From Bacteroidota bacterium (lineage in GTDB: Bacteria; Bacteroidota; Bacteroidia; 2-12-FULL-35-15), in NCBI GenBank assembly GCA_947449315.1, contig CANFRC010000012.1:5842-69841 (forward strand): a stretch of 64,000 nt of DNA, given 5' to 3'. This document shows, piece after piece, positions 50,151-59,941 of this stretch. Numbering within the stretch: the stretch's first letter is position 1; each line of letters begins with the position of its first letter. The notes under the pieces are model-generated. The model was not told the DNA's origin. It did not search any database and saw only the letters and a list, made by a program, of their open reading frames with translations. Both the position numbers and the translations under genes were made by a program.

Positions 50151-51011
50151 TTATTGTGTTTTTGTCATACTTTCTGGTGTGCAAATAATATAATCTGCCA
50201 TCGCAACAGCATCTTTTGCAAGTGTATCAACTGCAGCTTGCTCTGTTGACCCAATTGTGAAAATTTTCAAATTAGGATTTTCTAGTTTTAGGTACCACTC
50301 AATCCCTTCATGATTATTGCTGTGATACGAGCCGTTGAAATGAATGAAGGTTTTTCCCTTATCGTAGTTTTTTAATATAAAATAGGCCATTGTTGCATCT
50401 TTGATTGCTTGAGATTTAGGTAAATTTTCACCACCGTGCCCTCCAGCCGATTCGTAGATATCTTTGTAACATTTTAATGTCCCGTCATATTTCATGGGTA
50501 ATGGACAGATCCATTTTTTTGCTTCCGAATCTAAACTGTCGAGTCTGCCAAGCCCTTTTGAATAAACCATATTTGCGTATCGTCTAGGGATATTATCGGC
50601 AATAAAAGGTAAATGGTTTGTTTTCGCAAAGTCAAGCAAAGGTTTGTAATCGGTTGGGAAATTAGGCCATAGTTTTACTTCATCCTTTAATGTTTTATCC
50701 GATATTTTTCCTTGCAGGTATTCTGTTAATGCAATTTGGTCATCCGATTCAAACATCTCCGCACCTAACATTAAATTTACTTTTTTCGATTCATAGAGGT
50801 CTTTTGTTAGTTCAAGTTGTAACCAATGACAAATGGGGTTGTCGTGTAATTCACCAAAAAGGATTATATCTGCATCTTTCGCATCTTTAAGTAATTTTTC
50901 GTAACTACTTTCTTTGCCTTTGCTATCGTATATTTGGTAAGCAAGTTTATCACCTTTAAAAGCTAATAGTGTTAATAAGATGAGTAATGCAACTATTTTA
51001 TTTGGTTTCAT
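50151..51011 (-). CDS. ChaN-family (heme/iron-uptake-associated) exported protein
   Basis: FGELHDNP, GAEMFE, WPNF..DYKPL, NIPR, Q.IKDATMA, NGSYHS. Confidence 0.85.
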   Translation of the reverse strand: MKPNKIVALLILLTLLAFKGDKLAYQIYDSKGKESSYEKLLKDAKDADIILFGELHDNPICHWLQLELTKDLYESKKVNLMLGAEMFESDDQIALTEYLQGKISDKTLKDEVKLWPNFPTDYKPLLDFAKTNHLPFIADNIPRRYANMVYSKGLGRLDSLDSEAKKWICPLPMKYDGTLKCYKDIYESAGGHGGENLPKSQAIKDATMAYFILKNYDKGKTFIHFNGSYHSNNHEGIEWYLKLENPNLKIFTIGSTEQAAVDTLAKDAVAMADYIICTPESMTKTQ

Positions 51012-51175
51012 AGTGAGTATGTTTCTACCAAAGTTAAGTAAAATTCATGCATGATTCATGAAAGAAAAAAGAAGCCATCAGAAAAATTCTAGGCTACATC
51101 TTTTTTATCAAAACGTTAATATGTATGTTTGGAATGGATATTTAAGAGGCGATAAAAGAGCGCGCATACTTATTA

Positions 51176-52057
51176 TTAACTGAGGTATCCAAAGCGTTTT
51201 AATTGAGTGTCACTGTCGCGCCAGTCTTTGTTCACTTTTACAAAAAGTTCTAGAAACACCTGCTTGCCGAAAAAGCCTTCAATGTCTTTACGAGCTTCTG
51301 TTCCAACTTTTTTTAACGCTTTGCCTTGATGTCCAATGATAATGCCTTTTTGTGAATCACGCACAACAATTATCTCAGCTCTTATTTTTATTATTTTTTC
51401 CTCATCTTTGAATGATTCAACGATTACTTCAACAGAATAAGGGATTTCTTTTTTGTAGTTAGTCAATATTTTTTCTCGGATGATTTCAGAAACAAAGAAT
51501 TTTTCAGGTTTATCTGTCAATTGGTCTTTGTCATAAAATCCAGGTCCTTCTGGTAAGCAAGCTAATATCCTGTCAAAAATATAATTCACATTAAACTTTT
51601 CAAGAGCAGAAACAGGAATAACTTCCGAATTTGGAACTTCATTTTTCCAATAAGCTACTTTTTCTTCTAGTTTTTCCTGTGTAGCTAAGTCAATCTTATT
51701 TATAAGCAATAGAACTTTAGCTCCAGCATTTTTTATTTTATTTAATATTTTTTCTTCAATCTTTATATCCTCATAAATATCTGTTACAAATAGAATTACA
51801 TCGGCATCTGTCAGCGCTGTATGCACAAATTCCATCATGGATTCCTGTAATTTATAATTTGGCTTTAAAACACCAGGAGTATCGGAATATACAATTTGAA
51901 AATCTTCCCCATTTACTATACCCATTATGCGATGACGGGTAGTTTGGGCTTTTGAAGTAATAATAGAAAGGCGTTCTCCAACCAAAACGTTCATTAGCGT
52001 TGATTTTCCAACATTCGGACTCCCTATGATATTCACAAAACCTGCCTTGTGCGCCAT
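51176..52057 (-). CDS. era: GTPase Era
   Basis: GSPNVGKST, QTTR, DTPG, NKID, KH domain SQKGIIIG. Confidence 0.98.
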   Translation of the reverse strand: MAHKAGFVNIIGSPNVGKSTLMNVLVGERLSIITSKAQTTRHRIMGIVNGEDFQIVYSDTPGVLKPNYKLQESMMEFVHTALTDADVILFVTDIYEDIKIEEKILNKIKNAGAKVLLLINKIDLATQEKLEEKVAYWKNEVPNSEVIPVSALEKFNVNYIFDRILACLPEGPGFYDKDQLTDKPEKFFVSEIIREKILTNYKKEIPYSVEVIVESFKDEEKIIKIRAEIIVVRDSQKGIIIGHQGKALKKVGTEARKDIEGFFGKQVFLELFVKVNKDWRDSDTQLKRFGYLS

Positions 52058-52081
52058 TTAAAAAAATGTTAATAAGATTTA

Positions 52082-52113
52082 TTTGCAGTACAAAGAAACA
52101 AAATATATCTTTG
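52082..52113 (+). promoter_or_regulatory. Bacteroidota sigma-A promoter for the tRNA (-33 TTTG, -7 TATCTTTG)
   Basis: TTTG at 52082-52085, 20-nt spacer, TATCTTTG at 52106-52113. Confidence 0.75.
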
Positions 52114-52178
52114 CACCGCAATTTAAAAAGGTTGAGAGCCTTTTTTGTCCTTTAAGACAGTTAAAAACCAAGATATAT

Positions 52179-52251
<73 letters not shown>

Positions 52252-52255
52252 CTAC

Positions 52256-52285
52256 AAGCCGATACATTATTGTGTCGGCTTTTTT
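52256..52285 (+). terminator. Terminator after the tRNA
   Basis: AAGCCGATAC-ATTATT-GTGTCGGCTTTTTT. Confidence 0.8.
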
Positions 52286-52343
52286 GTTCTCCCTAAGCTG
52301 TGATTTCAAGGTAATTATCTATCAAAAAACTTAAAAAATGTAG

Positions 52344-52351
52344 TACCTTTG
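52344..52351 (+). promoter_or_regulatory. -7 promoter element (TACCTTTG) for the rpe-CBS operon
   Basis: TAnnTTTG match 28 nt upstream of the TTG start. Confidence 0.6.
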
Positions 52352-52379
52352 CATCTGTTTAAAATTTAATAGAATTCCT

Positions 52380-53384
52380 TTGAAAATATCAGCATCAGTA
52401 TATTCCAACAAAACAAAAGGACTTGAATCGCTCGTTAAAGAGCTCGATGTCTTTAATGTGGATTTGTTTCATATCGATTGCAATGATGACCTTTCTGTTT
52501 TTGATGATATTGAGGCCATTCAAAAAATAAGTAATACCCCCATCGATCTTCATATTATTTCTTCAGATCCTGAAAAATTTTATCCGGGACTGTTGAAGCT
52601 GGATGTTGATTTTGTAACATTTCAATATGAGAATTTAAATTCTCCCTTGAAATTGCCTAAAGAGATAAAATCTAAATTCGGTTTGTCAATCGTTTCAGAA
52701 ACTCCCATTTCAGTTTTTGAAGAATACAAAGATGTGATGGATTTTATATTATTCATGACAACAACTCCAGGACAAAGCGGTGGAAGTTTCAATAAAGAAA
52801 ATTTTAAAAAGATAAGAGATTTCAAAAAAATCTATTCCGATAAAAAAATTCATGTTGATGGTGGCGTGAATGATGAAGTATCGTTTGTGTTGAGAAGTAT
52901 GGGCGTTTATTCTGTTGTTTCGGGTTCTTATTTAGTGAATGCGAACATCATTGGAAACGCTTTGCATAACCTAAGAAGCAACAGTATTGAATCGCATATT
53001 TCCATTCGCGATTTTATGATGACAAAAGAAGAGCTGCCCATATTGTCCGGAACAACAACTGAATTTTCTGACGTGTTGCAAAGCATCGAAAATTACAGCT
53101 TGGGTTTCACTATGTTGGTGAGTGAATCAGGAAAGTTGGAAGGCATCATAAGTAATGCGGATATTCGTAAAGGACTTATCAAAAGAATTCATAATCTGAA
53201 TAGCATTTCTGTTAAAGATGTTACGAACACACATCCAATAAAAATAAATAGTAAATTAACTGTTTCGGAAATGCTTGCGTTCGTTAAGAATTTACGAATC
53301 CCGATTTTGTATCTTCCAGTTGTAGATGAAAACAATATGCTGGAAGGAGCATTGATGTTTAATAATTTAATTAAAGGAGAATAA
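52380..53384 (+). CDS. Ribulose-phosphate 3-epimerase-like TIM barrel fused to a CBS domain pair
   Basis: KISAS, FHID, IDLH, MTTTPGQSGG, VDGGV, VSGSY (Rpe motifs), then DFMMTKEELPIL...GKLEGIISNADIRK...LPVVDENNMLEG (CBS pair). Confidence 0.85.
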   Translation: MKISASVYSNKTKGLESLVKELDVFNVDLFHIDCNDDLSVFDDIEAIQKISNTPIDLHIISSDPEKFYPGLLKLDVDFVTFQYENLNSPLKLPKEIKSKFGLSIVSETPISVFEEYKDVMDFILFMTTTPGQSGGSFNKENFKKIRDFKKIYSDKKIHVDGGVNDEVSFVLRSMGVYSVVSGSYLVNANIIGNALHNLRSNSIESHISIRDFMMTKEELPILSGTTTEFSDVLQSIENYSLGFTMLVSESGKLEGIISNADIRKGLIKRIHNLNSISVKDVTNTHPIKINSKLTVSEMLAFVKNLRIPILYLPVVDENNMLEGALMFNNLIKGE

Positions 53385-53385
53385 T

Positions 53386-54387
53386 ATGATCATTCATTTA
53401 AAACCAGAAGTAAACAAAGAGAAAGCTGAAGAACTCGGAAAAGAGCTTAGCGCAGTGGTATTGCCTAGAAATGGATTTTTCGCATTAATTACTCCTAATA
53501 AATTAAAAGCTGTAGAAGATAAATATAAGTCGTTAGTGACTGAAAGTTTTCCATTTGATGATGATATGCAATTGGCAAGTAAAAAATACATGTCAAGCGT
53601 TCGTGAGATAAAAATTGCTGATGGTTTATCCATCGGTGGAAACACTAACAATACGATCATGATTACAGGGCCTTGTTCTGTAGAATCGGAAGAGCAGATA
53701 GAGCAAGCTTCGGAATTGTGTGTTGAGTTAGGCGTAAAAGTTTTGCGTGCAGGAGCATTTAAACCACGTACCACACCGTATGCTTTTCAGGGAATGGGAT
53801 TGGAAGGGTTGAAGTTGCTGGACAAAATGCGAACAAAACATGGATTGAAGATCATTACTGAAATTCGTGATTCTACCCATGTTAGTGAAATTATTGAGTA
53901 CGCAGATATTTTGCAGATTGGAGCAAAAGCGATGTATGATCATGGTATTTTAAGAGCTTGCGGTAAATCTGGAAAGCCTGTTTTATTAAAAAGGGGATTT
54001 GGTGCCACGTTGCAAGAGTTTGTTCAAGCAGCAGAATTTATATTATCAGGCGGTAACGATCAGGTGATTTTATGTGAAAGAGGGATCAGAACGTTTGAAA
54101 CAAAAACACGTTTCACCTTAGATCTTTGCGGTGTAGCTTATTTAAAACAGCATACAAATTTACCAATCATATTAGATCCCAGTCACGCGATAGGTTTTGC
54201 GTACGGTGTCCCTGATCTTTCTAGGGCATGTGTGGCAATGGGCGTTGACGGACTATTAATTGAAACGCATCCGAACCCTGCTGTTGCAAAATCCGATGCA
54301 GCACAACAATTAAACTTTAAAGAATTCAGAGAATTGTATGCTAACTTAGTTCCTATAGCCAAAGCGGTAGGAAGAAAAATGGTTTAA
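53386..54387 (+). CDS. Type I-beta DAHP synthase / KdsA-family PEP aldolase with N-terminal ferredoxin-like domain
   Basis: GPCSVES, GAFKPRT, LLKRG, CERGIRTF, DPSH, ETHPNP...SDAAQ. Confidence 0.88.
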   Translation: MIIHLKPEVNKEKAEELGKELSAVVLPRNGFFALITPNKLKAVEDKYKSLVTESFPFDDDMQLASKKYMSSVREIKIADGLSIGGNTNNTIMITGPCSVESEEQIEQASELCVELGVKVLRAGAFKPRTTPYAFQGMGLEGLKLLDKMRTKHGLKIITEIRDSTHVSEIIEYADILQIGAKAMYDHGILRACGKSGKPVLLKRGFGATLQEFVQAAEFILSGGNDQVILCERGIRTFETKTRFTLDLCGVAYLKQHTNLPIILDPSHAIGFAYGVPDLSRACVAMGVDGLLIETHPNPAVAKSDAAQQLNFKEFRELYANLVPIAKAVGRKMV

Positions 54388-54395
54388 TCAGTATC

Positions 54396-54872
54396 ATGTC
54401 AGAAGCAAATAAAAATATAAAATTCTTAGTGCTGGATGTCGATGGTGTGATGACAGACGGTGGAATGTACTATTCTAATTCAGGTGATGAATTTAAAAAA
54501 TTCAACACAAAAGATGGAATGGGAATTAAATTGGCTATTAAACAAGGAATCAAAATTGGTTTTTTAAGCAACGGTAAAAATGATGCGTTGATTAATAACC
54601 GTGCGGCATTACTGGGTGTTGAGTTTGTGTATGTTGGCTTCGATAATAAAATGAAGATACTGAATGAGTGGATGACTCAGCTGAATTTAGAGTATAATCA
54701 TATTGCATATATCGGAGATGACATTAATGATGCGGAAGTAATTTCGCATGTTGGTTTATCTGCTTGTCCGGCAGATGCAATAAAAAGTATAAAAGAAAAA
54801 GTGAACATTATTCTTACTAGTAAAGGTGGAGAAGGGTGTGTGAGAGAGTTTATTGATAATTATCTTTTGTAA
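54396..54872 (+). CDS. KdsC/YrbI-family HAD phosphatase (3-deoxy-ulosonate phosphate phosphatase)
   Basis: DVDGVMTDG, KKFNTKDG, YIGDDIND, GGEGCVRE. Confidence 0.9.
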   Translation: MSEANKNIKFLVLDVDGVMTDGGMYYSNSGDEFKKFNTKDGMGIKLAIKQGIKIGFLSNGKNDALINNRAALLGVEFVYVGFDNKMKILNEWMTQLNLEYNHIAYIGDDINDAEVISHVGLSACPADAIKSIKEKVNIILTSKGGEGCVREFIDNYLL

Positions 54873-54884
54873 GAATTTAAGAAA

Positions 54885-56189
54885 ATGGCAAACATTTTAG
54901 CAATAGTAGGAAGACCCAATGTAGGGAAGTCAACGCTTTTTAACCGTTTAACAGACAGTAGAAAAGCAATTGTTGACTCTGAATCGGGAGTAACACGTGA
55001 CCGACATTACGGAAAATCGGAATGGAATGGGATGGAATTTTCTGTCATCGATACCGGTGGTTATGTAAAAGGCTCTGAAGATATTTTTGAAGGGGAAATC
55101 CGGAAACAAGTGCAGCTGGCTATTGACGAGGCGAATGTGATCTTGTTTGTTGTAGATGTTGCAGATGGAATCACCGATGATGACAAGGTTGTTGCCAATA
55201 TTCTAAGAAAATGCAAAAAGAAAGTTTTTCTTGTTTCAAACAAGGTTGACAATTTCGTCCGCCAAGGTATGTCTGGCGAGTTTTACGCTTTAGGATGTGG
55301 TGAACCGTACAACCTTTCTGCGATTAGCGGAAGTGGTACCGGTGAACTTTTGGATGATGTTGTTAAGGCTTTAGATGCAGATGCTGTTGTAGAAGAATTA
55401 GATATTCCAAAATTTGCAATCGTTGGCCGTCCTAATGTTGGAAAGTCATCTTTGATAAATACCTTGTTAGGAATAGAAAGAAATATTGTTACTCCAATAG
55501 CTGGAACAACGCGTGATTCTATCAATACTCGTTACACCGCATTTGGTCACGATTTTCTCTTGATAGACACTGCAGGGATTCGCAGAAAAACAAAAGTTGA
55601 GGAAGATTTGGAATTTTATTCCGTAATGCGCTCTATTCGTGCTATTGAGGATTGCGATGTTTGTATTTTATTGATTGATGCCACCTTAGGATTGGAAGCG
55701 CAAGACATCAATATTTTTCATTTGGCAGAGAAGAACAGAAAAGGAATTGTGATTGTTGTAAATAAATGGGACCTTGTTGAAAAGACGACCAATTCAACAA
55801 AAGAATACGAGGAGAAGATCAGAGAGAAATTAGCTCCTTTTAATGATGTTCCAATTGTATTTACGTCAGCATTGACAAAGCAACGTGTTTTGAAAGCGAT
55901 TGAAGTAGCAGAAAAAGTAAATACAAATCGTACTAGGTCTATTAAAACAAGAGAACTGAATGATGTGATGTTACCGATCATCGAACATTCTCCACCGGCA
56001 GCGATTAAAGGAAAGTATGTAAAGGTTAAATTTATTACTCAATTGCCAACTCATGCTCCAACATTTGCATTTTATTGTAATCTTCCTCAATATGTAACAG
56101 AATCATATATGCGTTTTTTGGAAAACAGATTGCGTGAAAATTTCGATTTTATGGGTGTTCCTATTCAGCTGTTTATGAGAAAAAAATAA
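54885..56189 (+). CDS. der: Ribosome biogenesis GTPase Der (EngA)
   Basis: Two GRPNVGKS P-loops, GVTRD/GTTRD, DTGG/DTAG. Confidence 0.98.
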   Translation: MANILAIVGRPNVGKSTLFNRLTDSRKAIVDSESGVTRDRHYGKSEWNGMEFSVIDTGGYVKGSEDIFEGEIRKQVQLAIDEANVILFVVDVADGITDDDKVVANILRKCKKKVFLVSNKVDNFVRQGMSGEFYALGCGEPYNLSAISGSGTGELLDDVVKALDADAVVEELDIPKFAIVGRPNVGKSSLINTLLGIERNIVTPIAGTTRDSINTRYTAFGHDFLLIDTAGIRRKTKVEEDLEFYSVMRSIRAIEDCDVCILLIDATLGLEAQDINIFHLAEKNRKGIVIVVNKWDLVEKTTNSTKEYEEKIREKLAPFNDVPIVFTSALTKQRVLKAIEVAEKVNTNRTRSIKTRELNDVMLPIIEHSPPAAIKGKYVKVKFITQLPTHAPTFAFYCNLPQYVTESYMRFLENRLRENFDFMGVPIQLFMRKK

Positions 56190-56205
56190 TTGCTTAGTAA
56201 GCTAT

Positions 56206-56240
56206 AAAAAAAACCTTCACAGAAATGTGAAGGTTTTTTT
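56206..56240. terminator. Bidirectional terminator
   Basis: AAAAAAAACCTTCACA-GAAA-TGTGAAGGTTTTTTT between convergent genes. Confidence 0.88.
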
Positions 56241-56265
56241 ATGTTGCGAATGCGCTGGTGATCCT

Positions 56266-57723
56266 TTATTTTCTTACAATTTTAATTGTAGCACTTTTAC
56301 CTTCTTTGCTCGTGATGGTAGCAAAATAAACCCCTTTGTTTAAATTGGAAATGTCGACAGACTGAGCTTGAGTACTCAAAGAAGTAGTCATTATATTTTG
56401 ACCAACAACGTTAACAAGAGTAAGAACAGGGTTGCTGTTGATGCTGAAATTATGATTCACTGTAATTGTTGCATCAGCAGGATTTGGAAAAATGCTTATA
56501 GCGTTTGCTTTTGCAGATTCTGTAATCGATGTTGGTGCTAATGGATCGTAATGTGAACGGATATAAATTGTTTTAGAAGTTTCCTGAGCAGGTGTTCCGT
56601 TATCAGTTGCTTTTATTGTTACAGTATGCATTCCTGTAGCTAAGCCAACTAATGAAAATACACAATCAAATTGTTTGTATGTTGCTAAGTTGATGGTTGG
56701 TGTAATCGTTAATGCAGCTGCATCAGGGCTAGAGATGATTATGCTAACCGTTTGGTCTGGTTCAGGAGTAGAAGCGCCAATTGTAAATGTTGCAAAATCG
56801 TAAATTGGTGAATGTGTTGTATCTCCGGTATATACATCAATTGTGTCACAAATATTATTGTTGATGATGACAGGAGGAATATTTCCTGCAATTCCTGTAT
56901 TAAAATACATTGCTTGATTGTCTAACCAATCAACTTGATCATTAGATCCGTAAGGGCCGTCAAAAGCGACACCGGCAGTATCAAATCGTCCTACCTGAAA
57001 ATAACTTACACCATCACCAAAATTTGTTCCGACCGTTGCTGGTGTTCCACCAAATCCGCCTACACCTGATGAAGCAGATCCTGTAGTCCAGTTCATATCT
57101 CCATAACAAAATGATACATTGTTTCCAGCAGGTAATATAGGGTCGGTGCCATCCGTAATGATCAATTGAAACGTATTTAATTTGTCTGTCATCGTACTAA
57201 AATATCCTACGGAATCCCATTTAACAATTATGGATGTAGGTGTAATTTTATAAGAAACAACACCCGCGCCACGTGTATCTACATCAGCCCAAAAAGGTGC
57301 AATCATACTATACGTTGAGTCTGGAAAAGGGGATGCAGTAAATGTTCCGTAAGGGGATGAAAATGAAATGTTCCCATTATTATTTATATAAAGAGACGTA
57401 TAATTGACACCATAAAAATTAAATGTGAACGGAATAGTAATTACGCCGGTTGATCCATCATCGTTGGGTGCCATTGCTAAAGAAAAGGTTGTATCTAATG
57501 GAATCATACAGCTGCATAGGGAGCTTGGTGCTTTTCCAATTGCCTTTTTTGAAGGTTTGTATGAGGGTGCTTTAGAAAGATCGTTCAGGATGTAATTTTT
57601 AGAACGATCCAGTTGATTACTTAGTTTTAATGCTTCATACTGCTGTGCAGATATATCAATATTTTTTTGTGCCGTTGAAACGACTGAAGTAAAACACGTA
57701 ATGGCAAGTAAAATTTTTTTCAT
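56266..57723 (-). CDS. Nidogen-like (NIDO) domain protein with T9SS type A sorting domain
   Basis: NDDGST, FNFYG, INNNGNISF, IAPFWADVD, NTFQ; CTD IFPNPA...KGVYF...KIVRK. Confidence 0.87.
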   Translation of the reverse strand: MKKILLAITCFTSVVSTAQKNIDISAQQYEALKLSNQLDRSKNYILNDLSKAPSYKPSKKAIGKAPSSLCSCMIPLDTTFSLAMAPNDDGSTGVITIPFTFNFYGVNYTSLYINNNGNISFSSPYGTFTASPFPDSTYSMIAPFWADVDTRGAGVVSYKITPTSIIVKWDSVGYFSTMTDKLNTFQLIITDGTDPILPAGNNVSFCYGDMNWTTGSASSGVGGFGGTPATVGTNFGDGVSYFQVGRFDTAGVAFDGPYGSNDQVDWLDNQAMYFNTGIAGNIPPVIINNNICDTIDVYTGDTTHSPIYDFATFTIGASTPEPDQTVSIIISSPDAAALTITPTINLATYKQFDCVFSLVGLATGMHTVTIKATDNGTPAQETSKTIYIRSHYDPLAPTSITESAKANAISIFPNPADATITVNHNFSINSNPVLTLVNVVGQNIMTTSLSTQAQSVDISNLNKGVYFATITSKEGKSATIKIVRK

Positions 57724-57799
57724 TTTGGAGCAGGTTGGTTTCCTTTTCTTGTTAGACGTATTTCAGAAGAGGATAGTTGCATAATAAAGGGTTTGTTTT

Positions 57800-58429
57800 T
57801 CAATTTATTCGTTTTTTCTTCCAAACATCAATATCTATTCTTAATTCCACGGTAATCAGGTGTCGATAGTGGTTATCTGTTTCAAAAGAGGCCAGGGCGG
57901 GCCGGTAAATAGCAGCAACAGAGTAATTGTTGTCGAAACGATACTCTAATCCAATGGTCATTCCTAACGTATTATCTGTTTTTATATAGCTTCTGATACT
58001 GTCATTGCCACTAGAAAAATGAAAATTATAACTGCTGAAATTAAACCCTCCTATAAAGTGTATGCTCTGATAAATCGGACGATGATACAACAACTCTCCA
58101 AAGGAGCTTCCAATATTAGTTTGCGGACCTGTTTTTGTATAATTAATCTGAGCAATGGGTGAGGCCAGATCATCTGTTGTACTTACATTAAAAGATATTT
58201 TAGTTGATCCTGTTTTATAATATAGACCTAATCCGATTCCAAAAAATCCGAATTTTTTTGCCTCTTCTCTTTTTTGATAATCAACATAATGGTAATAATT
58301 TAACCAGGGAAATAAAAAAGTAATGCCTGCTTTCTCATTATTCATTTCAGTTTGGTTTTGGCCTCTACTTGGCAGAATAAATACAGATAAAAAAAACAGA
58401 ACTAGCAATACTCTCATGAAATCTAACAA
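57800..58429 (-). CDS. Hypothetical exported protein, possibly a small outer-membrane beta-barrel
   Basis: Signal peptide (start possibly ATG 58417); alternating aromatic/Gly strands (GIGLGLYY, GLEYRF). Confidence 0.6.
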   Translation of the reverse strand: MLDFMRVLLVLFFLSVFILPSRGQNQTEMNNEKAGITFLFPWLNYYHYVDYQKREEAKKFGFFGIGLGLYYKTGSTKISFNVSTTDDLASPIAQINYTKTGPQTNIGSSFGELLYHRPIYQSIHFIGGFNFSSYNFHFSSGNDSIRSYIKTDNTLGMTIGLEYRFDNNYSVAAIYRPALASFETDNHYRHLITVELRIDIDVWKKKRIN

Positions 58430-58467
58430 TGTATATGTTCCTCTAAAAGTAATGAAAATTACTAAAT

Positions 58468-58507
58468 AAAAAACGCCTCCTTCTAATTTTAGAAGGAGGC
58501 GTTTTTT
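58468..58507 (-). terminator. Terminator after metK
   Basis: AAAAAACGCCTCCTTCTAA-TT-TTAGAAGGAGGCGTTTTTT. Confidence 0.88.
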
Positions 58508-58521
58508 ATGGTTGTATTTGC

Positions 58522-59775
58522 TTATTTAATTTTAAATGCAGCTTTTACTTTAGAAACATAATCTAATTTTTCCCATGTGAACAATTCTACTTTCATAGTT
58601 TTTGTTTTTCCATCAGGAGATTTAAATGTTTTTGTAACTACTTCATTTTTTCTTCCCATGTGTCCGTATGCAGCTGTTTCGCTGTATATAGGAGTACGTA
58701 ATTTAAAACGTTGTTCAATGAAGTATGGACGCATATCAAATACCGACTCAACGACTTTCGCAATTTGTCCATCTGTCATTTTTACTTTTGCTGTTCCATA
58801 AGTGTCAATAAAAATACCCATTGGTTTAGCAACTCCAATAGCATATGATACTTGAACCAGAACTTCAGTGCAAACGCCTGCAGCCACTAAATTTTTTGCA
58901 ATATGACGAGTAGCATAAGCAGCAGAGCGGTCCACTTTTGAAGGATCTTTTCCTGAGAATGCACCGCCACCATGTGCGCCTTTTCCACCATAGGTGTCTA
59001 CAATAATCTTACGTCCTGTTAATCCTGTATCTCCATGTGGCCCTCCAATTACAAATTTACCAGTTGGGTTAATGTGGTAACTGATTTTGTTGTTAAACAA
59101 GTGAGCATATTTTGGATACTTCTTTTTAACGCGAGGGATTAAAATATCAACGATATCTTTTTTGATCTTCGCTAACATTTTTGGCTCTGCATCAAAATCA
59201 TCATGTTGAGTAGAAACAACAATTGCATCAATACGAACAGGTACATTGTTATCGTTGTATTCTAATGTTACCTGAGATTTTGCGTCCGGGCGCAAATATT
59301 TTATTTCTTTATTCTCTCTGCGAAGTGCTGCTAATTCTAAAAGGATACCATGAGCTAGGTCTAAAGCTAAAGGCATGTAGTTAGCCGTTTCGTTCGTTGC
59401 ATAGCCAAACATCATCCCTTGGTCACCTGCACCTTGCTCCTCTTTTTTCTTACGATCAACTCCTTGGTTGATGTCTGCTGATTGCTCATGAATAGCTGAT
59501 AAAATACCACATGAGTTCGCTTCAAACATATATTCTGATTTTGTGTATCCGATTTTACGGATCACTTCCCGCGCAATTTCCTGAACGTCTAGGTAAGCTT
59601 TTGATTTTACTTCACCGGCAAGTATTACTTGACCTGTAGTAACTAATGTTTCGCAAGCTACTTTCGATTGCGGATCAAAAGCTAAAAAGTTATCAATTAA
59701 AGCATCAGAAATTTGATCTGCTACTTTGTCGGGGTGTCCTTCCGACACTGATTCAGAGGTGAATAAATATCCCAT
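58522..59775 (-). CDS. metK: S-adenosylmethionine synthetase
   Basis: [28 protein letters not shown]. Confidence 0.99.
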   Translation of the reverse strand: MGYLFTSESVSEGHPDKVADQISDALIDNFLAFDPQSKVACETLVTTGQVILAGEVKSKAYLDVQEIAREVIRKIGYTKSEYMFEANSCGILSAIHEQSADINQGVDRKKKEEQGAGDQGMMFGYATNETANYMPLALDLAHGILLELAALRRENKEIKYLRPDAKSQVTLEYNDNNVPVRIDAIVVSTQHDDFDAEPKMLAKIKKDIVDILIPRVKKKYPKYAHLFNNKISYHINPTGKFVIGGPHGDTGLTGRKIIVDTYGGKGAHGGGAFSGKDPSKVDRSAAYATRHIAKNLVAAGVCTEVLVQVSYAIGVAKPMGIFIDTYGTAKVKMTDGQIAKVVESVFDMRPYFIEQRFKLRTPIYSETAAYGHMGRKNEVVTKTFKSPDGKTKTMKVELFTWEKLDYVSKVKAAFKIK

Positions 59776-59906
59776 CTATATATTATTTAAGATTTAGTTT
59801 TTAAATTAACGAGCGCTAAAATACAATTTATTAATCAATTGGGAAACCTGTTTTTGTGAAAAGTTTCCCTCCTCCATGTTCTTTAAAAATCTGATCAGTT
59901 CTTTGT

Positions 59907-59941
59907 AAAAAGATCCTTTTCTTTTTTAGTGAGAAGGATCT
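59907..59941 (-). terminator. Probable terminator after the M13 peptidase
   Basis: Minus strand AGATCCTT...AAGGATCTTTTT. Confidence 0.55.
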
